Shown one piece after another: positions 1 to 13,045 of a stretch of 64,000 nt of DNA (the first letter of the stretch is position 1; each line of letters starts with the position of its first letter). Below the pieces are notes generated by a model. It was not told the DNA's origin. It did not search any database and saw nothing but the letters and a program-made list of their open reading frames with translations. Origin of the DNA: Octopus sinensis (Eukaryota); contig NC_042997.1 of assembly GCF_006345805.1 (NCBI RefSeq), positions 9,672,001 to 9,736,000 of the forward strand, in the 5' to 3' direction. Made by a program: the position numbers and the translations under genes.

Positions 1-288
1 TTATATATATATTTTCAAATAATTTTTCAAATAATTTTATTGTATTTTATAGTAGGTTTTTTAAATGCTTATATTATTTAATTATAATTATTTTTTGGAT
101 ATGACTTTCTATGTGTATTCCATACAATAAGGTTTCCTGAAATAGAAGTTGCGGTTCTATTAGTAAAATCCCAAATTTGTAATAATATTATGATGCTGTT
201 TACATTGCATTAGTAAGGTGTAAAATAGTAATTGTCCTGATAACCTGGAATACTTATTATTCCCTAAGATTTAAAAATATATATATAT

Positions 289-470
289 GAGGCACAGACG
301 TGGCTGTGTAGAAAGAAGTTTGCTTCCCAAAGAAGTTTACTTCACATGGTTCTGGGTTCAATCCCACTACATGGCACTTTGGGCAAATGTCTACTACTAT
401 AGCTTTGAAGTGACCAAAGCCTTTTGAGTGGATTTGATAGATGGATTTAATCAAAGAAACCCATCATGTG
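289..470 (+). mobile_element. tRNA-derived SINE (family S1), 5' part, diverged
   Basis: gtggctgtg...ggttctgggttcaatcccact...ggcactttgggcaaatgtct matches the heads of fuller copies at 37982, 44350 and 30288. Confidence 0.8.
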
Positions 471-859
471 TGTGCATGTGCATTTGTGCCTGTACATGTG
501 TGCATGTACATGTGCATATGTGCATGTGTGTGTGTATGTATCTGTATTTATGTATGTATCATCATGATCACAATCTTGCATCCACTTTCCCATGCAAGCA
601 TGAATGGATTGGATGGGGTTTATAGAGTCCGATTTTCTTTGGACTGTTTCCAAGAAAGGCATTATTTTCCCATGGGTAATCATGTCTTAGAAGAATATTG
701 GAAATGAATGACACTGCTCATATGACTGTGATATTGATTTACAAACTATCATGAGATGTCAAAACAAGGAGACCCAAATGTACACAGATGAACAGTCACA
801 CATGCATTTATATATTCATACAAACACACACACATATATATGTACGTATGTATATGTCA

Positions 860-1110
860 TTGGCAAATGGTGTGGCAGTTAAAGGTGTTGCACTCATGAT
901 AGCATGATCATGATTTCAGTTCCAGGAGCGTGTGGTGTGTTATGTTATTGAGCAAAACCCTTCATCACACCTTGCTCTGCAATCATTTCACCATCTGACT
1001 CATGATACACCATGCAGCAGTTCAGACAATGTTCATTTGATGTACAGTAAAAATATTTGATCACTACATACAAGTCCTTTGTGCAGGATTTTCAGCAAGT
1101 AATTGCAAAC
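860..1110 (+). mobile_element. Degenerate tRNA-headed SINE
   Basis: A-box-like tggtgtggcagtt, B-box-like ttcagttcc, then tgttattgagcaaaaccct resembling the S3 body. Confidence 0.4.
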
Positions 1111-1534
1111 TGTCTTTCTTAGGCTATGAGACACTACCATCATATATATATATAAAATTAATCAAAGGACATACTAAGTATGTCTACCTGCTAGAAATAA
1201 CAGTCAAAACTCTTATATAAAAAATGCCAAAATACACTGATAATAACTACAGAAATCAACCATCCGAAGGCAAAGGGGCTAAGACACTCTCTCAGCATAC
1301 ATTCAAGTATTTGGACTCACACGGACTGGTTTCTGAACTGGCACTTATAGCTTCACCTTCCTCAGTATGCGTTAATTCTTCAGCTATTTAATGCGGTTTG
1401 GGGGTTTGCAACTGCCTGTATTATTGATTATGTTATTATCATTTTAAAATTGTTACACTAGATAATAATAGAGTCAAGGATATCTTCACAAGTATTTTCT
1501 CCTGAATTACTTGCTACATGTGTATATATATATA

Positions 1535-2241
1535 TCAAAATAAGCAACAAGGATATCCAGAGATAATGCAGTATGATCGTTTCATGCAACTCTATTTAAT
1601 TGAACAATGCAATCATTGCATCAATTTAAAATGCAGAGCAATCTTCAGCTGCACAAAGACATAGAATTTAATTAAATTAGAACAGATGGACACATTAGTA
1701 TAATCATACCTAAAATCTCCAAGAAGTTAAGGAGATAGACAAAGAACATGCTGTTCTTACTCCAGCATAGAAGTTACTAAGCTTTTCAAGAAGATATACA
1801 ATATTTAAGTGTACAATGTGTATAAATATTAAACTATTTCTGGATAAGTTTGGTATATACTCAAAAGTATTCATAAATCTGTATCCTTTTATTATAATAT
1901 TCTTCTTAATAATCCTCTGAATAACCCTAAACTTTAACTTTATACAATATAGCAACATTGTTTAAAATATTTAACTATAGTACTACATGATAAGACTTCC
2001 CCCTTTCATTATGAATCAGTGACAGGCAGAGTCTATAACAATGTATATCTTCTTGAAAAGCCTAGTAATTTCTATGCTGGAGTAGAACAGCATGTTCTTT
2101 GTCTATTTCCTTAACTTCTTGGAGATTTTAGGTATAATTATACTAATGTATCCATCTATTCTAATTTAATTAAATTCTATGTCCTTGTGCAGCTGAAGAT
2201 TGCTCTGCATTACCTTTGGATATCCTTGTTGCTTATTTTGA
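1535..2241. mobile_element. Back-to-back (foldback) HHR-bearing element
   Basis: 1535-1800 is the inverted copy of 2042-2241; the left arm has a complete HHR on -, the right arm an internally deleted HHR on +; left flank is (TA)n. Confidence 0.8.
1566..1654 (-). ncRNA. Type I hammerhead ribozyme motif, long stem II
   Basis: Minus strand: gtgcag CTGAAGA [~60-nt stem II with aattga/tcaatt and caatg/cattg] GAAA cgatca TA ctgcat; stem I tgcag/ctgca; stem III is one G>A change away from the palindrome acgatcgt. Confidence 0.7.
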
Positions 2242-2357
2242 TTTTAATCACCTTACTTTGAAATTGTATGGATAATACCATACTAAATTCTGGTGCTTCA
2301 TTTTATGTACCATATTCATCTGAACATATATATATATATATATATATATAATACACC

Positions 2358-2500
2358 AAATCCATCTACCAAATTTACTCACAAGGCTTTGGTCAGCCCG
2401 AGGCTATAGTAGATGACACTTGCCTAAGGTACCACACAGTGGGACTAAACCCGAGACCATGTGGTTGGTAAGCAAGCTACTTACCACACAGCCACTCCTA
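2358..2500 (-). mobile_element. SINE S1 5' part
   Basis: Reverse complement of the S1 head (ccaaatttactcacaaggctttggtcagcccgaggctatag...ttaccacacagccactcc). Confidence 0.85.
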
Positions 2501-5144
2501 TATATATATATACATGCACACTATTGTCTAGAGATATTTGTGTGTATATTCTATAGACACACGCACATACACATATATATTTACACACAAATAGCATTGC
2601 AGCAGGCAGGGAGCTTACAGGGAGCTCTAATTCTTTTAATTTCTACTTTTATATATATATATACATTTATATACAATCGTATGTGTGTGTGCACGAGTTT
2701 TTGTTTCTGTATTTTTGTTCAGATGTAACAGAATACAAAAGCAGAGAATTTCAATGCACTTGGTGCACTATCATTTCTACATTGGCACTACAGAAGACTG
2801 ATTCATACTCATGTATCACTTACACGAAATTGTCATTTTAACAAAAACGGAAGGAAAAAATGTTCTAATATTAGTGGAACTAACAATCATGGAAAATGTT
2901 GAAAACAAAGAACGTGAAACTCTATGACAATGAGACAGTGATGAATCAGAAAATTACCCCTGAAATGTAGCCATCAAATAAAGAAATAAATGAATAAAAA
3001 GTCTTCTAGATAGCATGTTGATAATGCATCAGGGTCTGAATAAATGATTGGTGATCGATGATTAACTAAAACAGCAACAAAAATATGAATATTAAAAATA
3101 ATGTTTACCTTTTAGTTAGAAAATATGCTATATACCACTTGTTTTGTTTTGTTTTTTCTTTGTGTATATTAAAGTGAAAGAACTCTCCTACAAGTCAGAC
3201 ATATTTATCACCAATAGATGTAAAACAAATCCCTTGAATGAAATTTTGCATATTTTGTTAGATAGCTTGTTTACGAGAGTATACATCGTGATCATTGCAA
3301 TGCTTGGAGCAATAGATAAGTATGTGTCATCTCAAAAACTACAATATAAAGGAGCACATGATGACAACATTATAGTGCAACAAGGTAAAAAAAATGATAA
3401 AAGAAGGGGTGGAATCTACCCCTCATCAATGTTATTTCAAGGCTTTTATAAATGTTCTCAAATCAGAAAGAGAGATAATGCAATGCTACTGGAAACAATA
3501 TTCAGATGCAACTTGCACCAAGCATAGAATAGTTGACTAACAGTAACAAATATTCAGTGATGCAGACAATTCCACACATTCAGTAATAGAGAACTTTGGG
3601 TAATGAAATAAGAAATCAAGTATATAAAGAACGAATATGACAGTTTATTTATGAATGCTGTAAATAGGCAAAATTATGGTAGCTTTATTAATAATGGTCA
3701 CTATGATAATACTTATAGTAATCAATAATATTAATGTTGTCTTTTAGATGTTACTGACATCACCAGGTTTCTTGATACTTAGTAGTGTCATATTTCATAT
3801 TTCAACAGTGATAAATCATTTTGCGCTTGTTGTTAAAAGGGTTTTATCAAATTCTGTGGGGTATGAACAGGGAACTGACAATACTATGTTAATAACAGCT
3901 TATGAACCCATTAAGTACAGGCTGCAGTAACTCCTATGGAAAACAAGCAGTTTTCTAGTAAATGTTTTTTTAAATACTAATGTAGATTAAGGGATGTTAT
4001 TAGTAATGTACTCAGAGAACTAAATAAAATATATTTCAATATTAGTGATATAACCAAGCTAAATGATAACATACAACAATACAAAATACAGAGTTAAAGA
4101 AGCAATGTTTCCTAACAAAGGATAGAAGTTACCAAAATAGAATAGATAAGTAGAAGGATAAATTGAATTATAGTACTGATATTCAACACAGCAAGGCAAG
4201 TAAAATAACACAGATGACAACAGATAACCCCTCCACAAAAAAACAACAAAAATACATATCTTATGATGATAAAATACAGCATAAAGAATGAATAAAAATG
4301 GCTGCTAACACTTGACTTTTGAAAATGAAAAATATTTCCTTTGAATAATAAATTAAATATACATAGTTTTATTTAGAGACAGTTCACTGAGAACCTTGCT
4401 TTAAAAAAAAAAACCTACAGAGTTATATAGGACAGTCTACTGCAACAATATATTGGTATATAAAATACCTGCTAAAGAACTAAATCCGTTTTGGAAATAT
4501 ATTTTTGAAAATTATCATAATTGCTGATTAAATGAAACTGAAAATAAAAGTGATGAGATATAAATCTCCCCAAAGTATTGCAATATCTGATGTGAAGTTT
4601 GCTTTTGACATATTCAGACATTGGAAGTGTTATGGAATTGACAGTGTTCAATATTTTGACATACTGTACTGCCAGACTACGTTCACATTGAACACCCTCC
4701 TCAAAAATCCAGACCAAATATTTAAATGGCCATTTACTGACAGGTTGACAACAAACTCAAAAAAAATGTAACACTAAATCGTCCAGTAATTTATGCAATC
4801 TGTCAGTCATTTATAAACCTGCTCCACAAAATATTATTCAACAGAATAAATATACATGTTAAAAAATGTAGGGCAAAATGTCTATTCCCAGCTCCTTTTT
4901 AACAAGATGGTAGTGATGGTGCCTAGGTATGCAAAGGAAAAAATAGCTGTCGCATTGCTGGTTTAGACTCATATGACTGGCTAATCAACACTGTGAAACT
5001 ATCTGAATTGTATGGAATTATATTGAATTTCTTTGAAATACCATTGGAGTGGAAGACAATCCTAACAGGCACCTACATCAGAGAAATGTCTCTAGGTATA
5101 TTCATAAGGGACAGTGTATATGTGTTTGTACATACATGTGTGTT

Positions 5145-5179
<35 letters not shown>

Positions 5180-5539
5180 ATATGTACAACAGTTATTTAT
5201 GTTGCCACCCACCTTTCCAACTCACAAAATGCTTGTAGCACACCAATTTTATTCACAGCAATAAGATTTCATTGTTTTAGACATCAAACAAGTGAAGTCT
5301 GATCTTAAAATAGCAGCAAAAGCAGAAATGCTGATGTCAGGTATACCAACTGTATTAACCAACCACAAAACAAAGAAGTGACAGTCACATCTAACTGCAT
5401 GAGGTAGAAACTTTAAAGAGGACTATTATCAACCTCCACCCACATACCGTTTATTCATTTACTTTGCAGTGATCAATAAACAAACGTTCTGAACAAAACC
5501 AACATAGAGTATAGATGCTACAGTCAAACTATAAACCAA

Positions 5540-6280
5540 CTCTCCTATTTGGATACTTAAAAATATTCACAAAGGATAATCCCAAACTGGAAAGTCTGCT
5601 AAAAATTGAGCATAATTCCAACCAAGACATGAGAATTAGTATGGAATGGACATATATATCAAAGCTACAATGAAAAGAAGGAAATAAATTATAAGCGAGA
5701 ATATTAATAAACTACTGAGACACCAGAATCATGAAATCAGACCAGAATGACCCATACAAATACTTACTTGACATAACTGATAATAAATGATGCACAGAAA
5801 TAAAGAAGGAAATTAGAAAAGTGTATTATAACAGAGTCAGGCTAATATTAAAAATCAAAGTCAATGCTAGAAATAAGATAATAAGATATAAATATGCTAG
5901 CCATTCCAGTTATAAATTACAACTTCAATATAAAAAATTGGAAGTTAAGTGAATAGAAAAGTTTAGACAAAAATATCAGAAAGCATCAGGCAGGGGTCTG
6001 AAGGTATTATTCCAAAGCTGATAAAGATAGGATATATTTACTATATAGACAAGGAAGGAAAGGCTCATATAGAGGCCTACTATATAACAACAGTGGAGCA
6101 GTAGAATAAGAAAAAATCCTGAAAATAAAGCAAATGGAAGCTGATGACCATAATAAGGAAAAATGAAAAAATCCTTTTTCACTCTCTATGTAAGGAAACA
6201 ACTAAGTACTATCAGGTACACAACTGAAGTAGCAAATTTAAATTAGAACAAAACACATGAAAGGGTTAGGAAGGAATTAC
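5540..6280 (+). pseudogene. Decayed R4/Dong-like non-LTR retrotransposon, RT C-terminal part
   Basis: Manual translation gives PYKYL...RKVYYNRVRLILKIKVNARNK and PKADKDRIYL..RQGRKG, resembling the R4/Dong NARNK and HPKADVDRLY..RKEGGRG motifs; many stops and frameshifts. Confidence 0.6.
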
Positions 6281-6355
6281 AACTGTGTTTTGTGGTCTGC
6301 TACCACAGCAGCTCCTTTTTAGGATCCAGTTAGCTCAAGACATCATCAAGAGGAA

Positions 6356-6485
6356 CCACATCCGGTTTCGGCCCCTACTCCTCTACCATTTTGACGTGGC
6401 AGCCCCTACCCCTTTCGAAGGTGTCTTCAGCTCTGGTGTTGGGTGCATGTCTTCTTTCTTCTGTTCCCTGGCCTCTTCGCTGTAG
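6356..6485 (-). ncRNA. Degenerate HHR-like motif in a pLTR-like segment
   Basis: Minus strand: ctaca GCGAAGA ggcc [~95 nt] ggcc GAAA ccgg A tgtgg; stems I and II pair, but the core has two substitutions and the cleavage triplet is one base short. Confidence 0.3.
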
Positions 6486-6739
6486 CATCAATGAGTGTCA
6501 GCAGGCGACTGACTGACCGGTCAAAATTTTCCCTTTAAATACCTGCTGCTAGACTCCAGCAGGCAGCCCCAGCAAGTTGTCACGTGACACTGTCTCAACT
6601 TTAACTGACCAATGAAGGCGCATAGTCTTCTCTAAACGACCAAGCATTCTCTAAACGACCATCACCTGTCAGTCAGCGAAGTTAATTCAGTGTCAGCTTG
6701 TCTCACCTAGTGATGTTATTTCCCGCCGGCATGTTATGA

Positions 6740-8912
6740 CTTTCAAGACAAGATAGTATGGAAAAGCCTTTGGAAAAATGGATAGCACAACTACTCTATG
6801 ACAAAAATCTTGAAAAAACCACACACCACATACTCTCAATATTTATTTAGCACTAAAACATAACAGTAGTCCTGCTAACACAATATATACAAAATATATT
6901 TATCATGCAACAAACATAGCACATACTTTATACTGGAGAAAACATGCAATAAGACCAGAAAAATGAGCCAGACGCTATAGCAAAATAAAATTATTGTAAT
7001 ATAAGATGTTTGTACACCCACAAAACACACAGAGAGTCATCTGTAGTAGAATGTAATAGATACTCACATGAAACTGGCAAAAACATGATTATAATAGCAT
7101 AAACATCCAGACCTGGATACATACAATAGGAAGAGAATAAATTAATTATTGTATACGGATGATATCAAGTTGTACACTGCATACGGTTAACAAGCAGAAA
7201 TAATGTTACAGTCTACAGGAATTTACTGGAGAAATTCATATGAGATTCAGTTTAGCAAAATGTGTTAAGTCAACCTTGAAGACAGTGAAATAAATTAAGA
7301 ATATTAATATCATGTTAGTTAAAGAAACAAAGATAGAAGAATGAAACCAAATGTAGACTTACAAATACTTAGTAATCAATGAACTAGATGGAGTACAATA
7401 CATTTAATGTAATAAAATGTTAAGAATGAATATTATAGACACATTAGATTAATACTTAAAATGGGTTAAATACAAGGAAGACAGAGGTAACAGTCATTAA
7501 TTGTCTAGCTTTCCTAGTAATAAATTACATTTTCGACTGAATTCATTTCAACCAACAGAGAAAAGAAACATCATTATCATCATCTTCTTCTTCTTCTTCT
7601 TCATCATTATCATCATCATTGTCGTCATCGTTATCATCGTCGTCATCAGCATCATCATCATCATTGTCATCATTGTTATCATCGTCGTCATTGTCATCAT
7701 CATCATCATCATCGTCGTTGTCATCATCATCATCATTATCATCATCGTCATCATCGTCATCATCTTCTTCTTCTTCATCGTTATCATCATCATTGTCATC
7801 ATCGTTATCATTATCATCATCATCATCATTATCATTTTCATCATCATCATCATTTTTGTCATCATCATTATCATCATCATCTTTATTACCATCTTTTAGT
7901 CTCCATGTTATATGCTGGTATAAATTAAACAGTTTGACAATATCCGATGGGCCCAGGGCCTGCATCATACTCTCATGTCTGATTTTGCACGGTTTCTATG
8001 GCTGAATGCCCTTTCTGATGCCAACCACTTTATAGAATATACTGGATGCTTTTCTTTTTTTTAGGGATGTTACCATATAGCTCACAAGACTAAAACATCT
8101 TTCAACTGAGTGAAGTGAGAAGAGAGAGGAAGTGTAACTTTATGCAAGGAGATGAGTTGTTAAAGCATGAAAGAAAGTGTCATAAGAGAAAAGGTTTTCA
8201 CATGGCTACTCAGAAAATAATTTTGACATTTAGAATACAGCACCCAAAAAATAATAAAGCATAATGTAAAACTAATGCAAATAGTTATAAAACAAAAAAA
8301 AAATCCCAGAAAAGCTGTATTCAGTCGTCACATTGCAGAATATATGAACATTTGAGAACAAACAACCATAATTTATCTGGTAGCCCAGTTGCAGTCAAGA
8401 AAACTTACATCTAAAGAATGATCAAGTTAGGGTTTTATATACTGGAAATTATGCAGGCATTATGAAATCAAACAGAAAATAAGCGAGATGAAATAAAGGG
8501 TCCAGAAATGAAAAGTGACCATAACCTTGCCTATGTCGAACTACACAGCTGGGAGATCAAGATTAATCAGCTTGATATTGGTATTAAGGCATGTCAGGCA
8601 AGAAAGTTGTTTCCTAATAAAAGTAACAGTTGCAACAGATGATAATGTACTGCACAAAAAGATTGAGAAATTATCCAAATATAAATGTTCGGAAATAGAG
8701 ATAACTGAAATGCATTGAGTGAAAACAGAAATATTACCAATAATAATAGGCACTCGTGAACGAATCAGAAACATGCAGTCAATTACATAACCAAAAATAA
8801 GCATTTCACATAACCAAACATTACACATAACCAAAGTGCAATAAACTGCACTCATTAGTGCATCAAAAGAATGCAAATAAATTAGGACTAATGAATGATA
8901 ATAATAATATTG

Positions 8913-8943
<31 letters not shown>

Positions 8944-8960
8944 CAACAACAGCAACAATA
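6740..8960 (+). pseudogene. Decayed R4/Dong-like element (RT plus restriction-like endonuclease), interrupted
   Basis: LLYTDDIKLY (~7150), then after the interruption CFLIKVTVATDDNVLHKKIEKLSKYK..EIEI..(TE)ILPIIIG (8515-8750; RLE-type), ending in (AAT)n/(AAC)n at 8897-8960. Confidence 0.65.
7569..7893. repeat. (ATC)n/(GTC)n imperfect microsatellite, probably an expanded (GAT)n RTE tail
   Basis: Trinucleotide array adjacent to a decayed minus-strand RTE tail (7894-8060); source of the poly-D/S/I/M ORFs. Confidence 0.9.
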
Positions 8961-9079
8961 TTAATTTTTTTCTTTACTGGTCACAAGGGCACCTATATTC
9001 AATATGAAACATCAAACTGAAAGTGTTACAAAATGCTAAAATATCCAGGGATGTTTCTGTGTGTGTGTGTGTGTGTGTG

Positions 9080-9114
<35 letters not shown>

Positions 9115-9270
9115 TCTCGGAGTGGTTGGCGTTAGGAAGGGCATCCAGCTGTAGAAACTTTGCCAGATCAAGATTGGAGCCTGGTGCAGCCTCCTGGCTC
9201 GCCAACCCTCAGTCAAAATCGTCCAACCCATGCTAGCATGGAAAGCGGACGTTAAACGATGATGATGATA
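9115..9270 (+). mobile_element. RTE-family 3' tail fragment
   Basis: ctcggagtggttggcgttaggaagggcatccagc...ggaaagcggacgttaaacgatgatgatg, the same tail as the RTE copy at 51290-52818. Confidence 0.85.
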
Positions 9271-9289
9271 TATATGTATATATATATAT

Positions 9290-11030
9290 CATCATTATCA
9301 TCATCATCGATTAATGTCTGCTTTCCATGCTGGTATGGGTTGGATGCTTTGACTGAGGACTGGCAAGCCAGAAGGCTGTACCAGCCTCCAATCTGATCTG
9401 GCAAAGTTTCTACAGCTGATGCCCTTCCTAATGCCAACCACTCCAAGAGTGTAGTGCGTGCTTTTTATGCACCACTGGCACGAAGGCCAGTCAGGTGGTA
9501 TTGGCATCTACCATGCTTGGATGGTGCTTTTTACATGCCACCAGCATGGGAGCCAGTCAGGCAGCACTGGCAATGACCACACTCAAATGGTGCTTTTTAT
9601 GTGCCACTGGCACGGGACCAGTCAGGTGTCACTGGCATCGACCATGCTCGAATGGTGCTTTTTACATGCCACTTACATGGGTGCCAGTCAGGCAGTATTG
9701 GCATTGACCATGACAATGACTTCACTTGACTCAACAGGTCTTTGCAAGCACAGTTTATTGACCAATGATTGAAGGGTACTCTTAAATGGGTTCAGTATAC
9801 TGCACTGGCATAGGCCACAGTTACAGTCTCACTTGGCTTGCCGGGTTTTCTCAAGCACAGCATATCTCCAAAGGTCTTTCTCACTCATCACTTCCCTGAG
9901 GCTCAATTTTCGAAGATCATACTTCACCACTTCATATCAGGTCTTCCTGGGTCTACCTCTTCCACATGTTCCCTTACTGCTAGGGTGTGACACTTTTTCA
10001 CTCAGTTGTCCTCAACCATACACAACACATGGCCATACCAGCGCAGTCGTCTCTCTTGCACATCACATCTGATGCTTCTTCTGTCCAACTTTTCTCTCAG
10101 GGTGCTTACACTCTGTTGTGTATGGACATTGACATTTCACACCCAGCAGAACATACTAGCTTCATTTCTTGCAAGCTTACCCATGTCTTCAGCAGTCACA
10201 GCCAATGTTTCACTGCCATGTAGCATAGCTGTTCACACACATGCGCATACAGTCTACCTTTTACTCTGAGTGAGAGGCCCTTTGTTACCAGCAGAGGTAG
10301 GAGCTCTCTGAACTTTTCCCAGGCTATTCTTATTCTAACAGCTACACTGTCAGAGCTTCTACTACCACTACTGACTTTGTCACCTAAGTAACAGAAGCTA
10401 TCAACTGTTTCTAGTTTTTCTCCCTGGAATCTGCAGAAGCTGTTTTCTACACATTTTCAGTAATTATTGCCCCTGAGCATTTGCCACACACAAAAACTAT
10501 CTTCCCATTTAGCCTTCCTTTGATATTGCTACACCTCTTATGTGTCCATAGCTTACACCAGGTACATCTTATGGAGTTTCTTCCTTCACTTTTCTACAGA
10601 TCGTGTAGGGCTGTCTACCTGAAGGGATTGGTGATTTTCTTCTTCCTACTTATCAAGACTTTGGTTTTTGCTAGATTCTAAGGCCGTTCAAATCTAGACC
10701 TTGCTTCCACACTTGAAACTTCTCCTCTTGTTCTGATAGTGACTTAGCTATTAGAGCAAGATTATCAGCATAGAGAAGCTCCCAGAGGCATCCTGCCTTG
10801 AATTCCTCTGTTACTGCCTGGAGGACTATAATGAATAAGAGGGGACTGAGGACTGATGCTTGGTAGACCCATACCCCTACCCAGAATTGTTCACTATACT
10901 CGTTGCCCACCCTCACCTTTCTCACAGTACCTCTGTACAGCTCTCACTAACCTCTCCTCTCTCCCTAGTTTCCTCACTGACCACCAGATAAGGGATCGGG
11001 TGATCCTGTCAAAGGCTTTCTCCAGGCACA
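9290..11030 (-). mobile_element. 5'-truncated RTE-clade LINE (RT C-half, 3' UTR tandem repeats, (GAT)n tail)
   Basis: ORF 10671-10925: QASVLSPLLFIIVLQAVTEEFKAGCLWELLYADNLALI; LEKAFDR at ~11020; ~55-60-bp UTR repeats at 9460-9715. Confidence 0.9.
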
Positions 11031-11057
11031 GCACAGGACCTAAAAGTTTTAGGGGAG

Positions 11058-11224
11058 GGATCTAGTTGATTACATTGACCCAGTGCTCAAATGGTACTTT
11101 TTTCATCAACCTCAAAAGGATGAAAAGCAAACTTCACATCAGAGGAATTTGAACTTAGAATGTAGAGAAAGACACAATCCTAAGCATTTTGACCAACATG
11201 CTAATGATTTTGCTAGCTCATCAC
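11058..11224 (-). mobile_element. tRNA-derived SINE family S2, diverged
   Basis: Reverse complement of gagctggcagaa...gagttcaaattcc...tttcatcctttcggggtcgataaa...gtaccag. Confidence 0.7.
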
Positions 11225-11227
11225 TAT

Positions 11228-11670
11228 ATCATCATCATCATCATCGTTTAACGTCCGTTTTCCATGCTGGTATGGGTCGGACGGTTCGACTAGGATCTGG
11301 GAAGCCAGGAAGCTGCATCAGGCTCCAATCTGATGTGGCAGTGTTTCTACAGCTGGATGCCCTTCCTAACGCCAACCACTTCAAGAGTGTAGTGGGTGTT
11401 TTTTATGTGCCACCAGCACAGGGGCTAGAGGGGGCTGACATCGACCACGTTTGGATGGTGCTTTTACATGCCACCAGCATGGGAGCCAGTCAAGGTGGCG
11501 CTGGCATCAGCCATGTTTGTATGGTGCTTTTTACATGCCACAAGCACAGGAGCCAGTCGGGGCAAGGGGGCTGGCATCGACCACGTTTGGATGGTGCTTT
11601 TTACATGAAACTGGCACAGGGAGCCAGACAGGCGGTGCTGGCATCAGCCACAACTACAATTACCATTTGA
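11228..11670 (-). mobile_element. RTE 3' UTR/tail fragment with about 5 tandem units
   Basis: catcatcatcgtttaacgtccgttttccatgc tail plus repeated tggtgctttttacatgccaccagca units. Confidence 0.85.
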
Positions 11671-12501
11671 TTGTGGTTTGATTTGATTTTGATGTTGATG
11701 ATGTATATATATATATATACTAATATAATGCAACATATGAAGACAGATAAAAAAATATAGCACACAAAACAAATTTGGATGACACATATGCAGTTAGTGG
11801 AACACCACCTATGAAGAATAAGAAGCAGTAATATATCACGAATAATTTGTAAAACTTAACAAAAGCCAAACAAAAGAGACAATTATAAAAATAAAATCCA
11901 TCTTTTTGGGAATGGAAATATTTCAAATATATTCCCTTTTTCTGCCTTTCCTTGCTTCGTATCAACAACTTTAAGAAAAATGCTAAAATATATTCAATAC
12001 AGATATGAACATTATGGAAGTCCTCAGGCTGTATGCTGCAAATAATAGACAGTTTTAAAAAAATCTCTTATAAAAGTGCACAGGATCAATAAGAAATTTT
12101 GGGATGAAATTCAGATTTGGAAAATAAATTTTTTAAATGGTGAAGAAAGTGGAAAGTAATAACAACCTGGGTCATAGTCTAATAAAATGGAATCTTTAGG
12201 AATAGATAACTGGAGGAAAGCATCATCATCATCAACATTCTTCTAACATTGGACAGAATTCACTGAGGCAGATTTTCCATGTCTGGATACCTTTCTCTCA
12301 CCAACTTTCATTTATGAGTAAGGTAATATTTCCCTTTGACCAGACATGTCTTCACAGAAGATTGGAAATAAAAGACCCCCACTTGTATGATGGTAATGCT
12401 AATTTGTAACTATCACATGATATCAAGTCAAGGGGACACAAACACTTACATACACCCATGCACACACACACACAGACACAAACACATACACTTATACATA
12501 C

Positions 12502-12539
<38 letters not shown>

Positions 12540-12587
12540 TATATACACACATACAAACAAAGATACATACATACATACATACATATA

Positions 12588-12672
<85 letters not shown>

Positions 12673-12674
12673 TC

Positions 12675-12845
12675 ACGAAAAAATCAAAAGACGAAGACAG
12701 GGGGTGTAGAAAACAAATAGATGTATTAGTATAACACTCAGGAATTGAAAAAGTCTTTTACGTTTTGATCCTACGCTTTTCTACAGAAAGGGACACAGAA
12801 AAAAACAAGGAGAGAAAAAAATGTGTGTAGTGGCTACCGATCTAT
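12675..12845 (-). mobile_element. PLE pLTR-like fragment with degenerate HHR (12755-12790)
   Basis: Minus strand: cttt CTGTAGA a aagc gtag gatc AAAA c GTA aaag; shares downstream sequence with 36290-36470. Confidence 0.5.
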
Positions 12846-12909
12846 CATATATATATATCTATATAATATACGCACACACATGTAAATATATGCACACATA
12901 AATGCAATA

Positions 12910-13045
12910 GATTTTTTTTCAGTTTCCATCTGCCAAATTTGCTCTCAAGACTTCGGTCAACCCAAAATTATTGTTGAAGAACTCACCCAAGGTGCCATAC
13001 AGTGGGAATAAACCCAAAGATTTGTGATCAGGAAGCAAACGTCTT
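12910..13045 (-). mobile_element. SINE S1 5' part, diverged
   Basis: tttcagtttccatctgccaaat...cccaaggtgccatacagtggga. Confidence 0.7.

Noticed and set aside
4472-4771. Overlapping ~80-aa ORFs as a possible host exon
   Set aside because: No recognisable domain and no convincing splice-site pair; cannot be supported without transcript data.
7501-8005. Long poly-D/poly-S/poly-I/poly-M ORFs
   Set aside because: They are translations of an (ATC)n microsatellite and are open in many frames on both strands.
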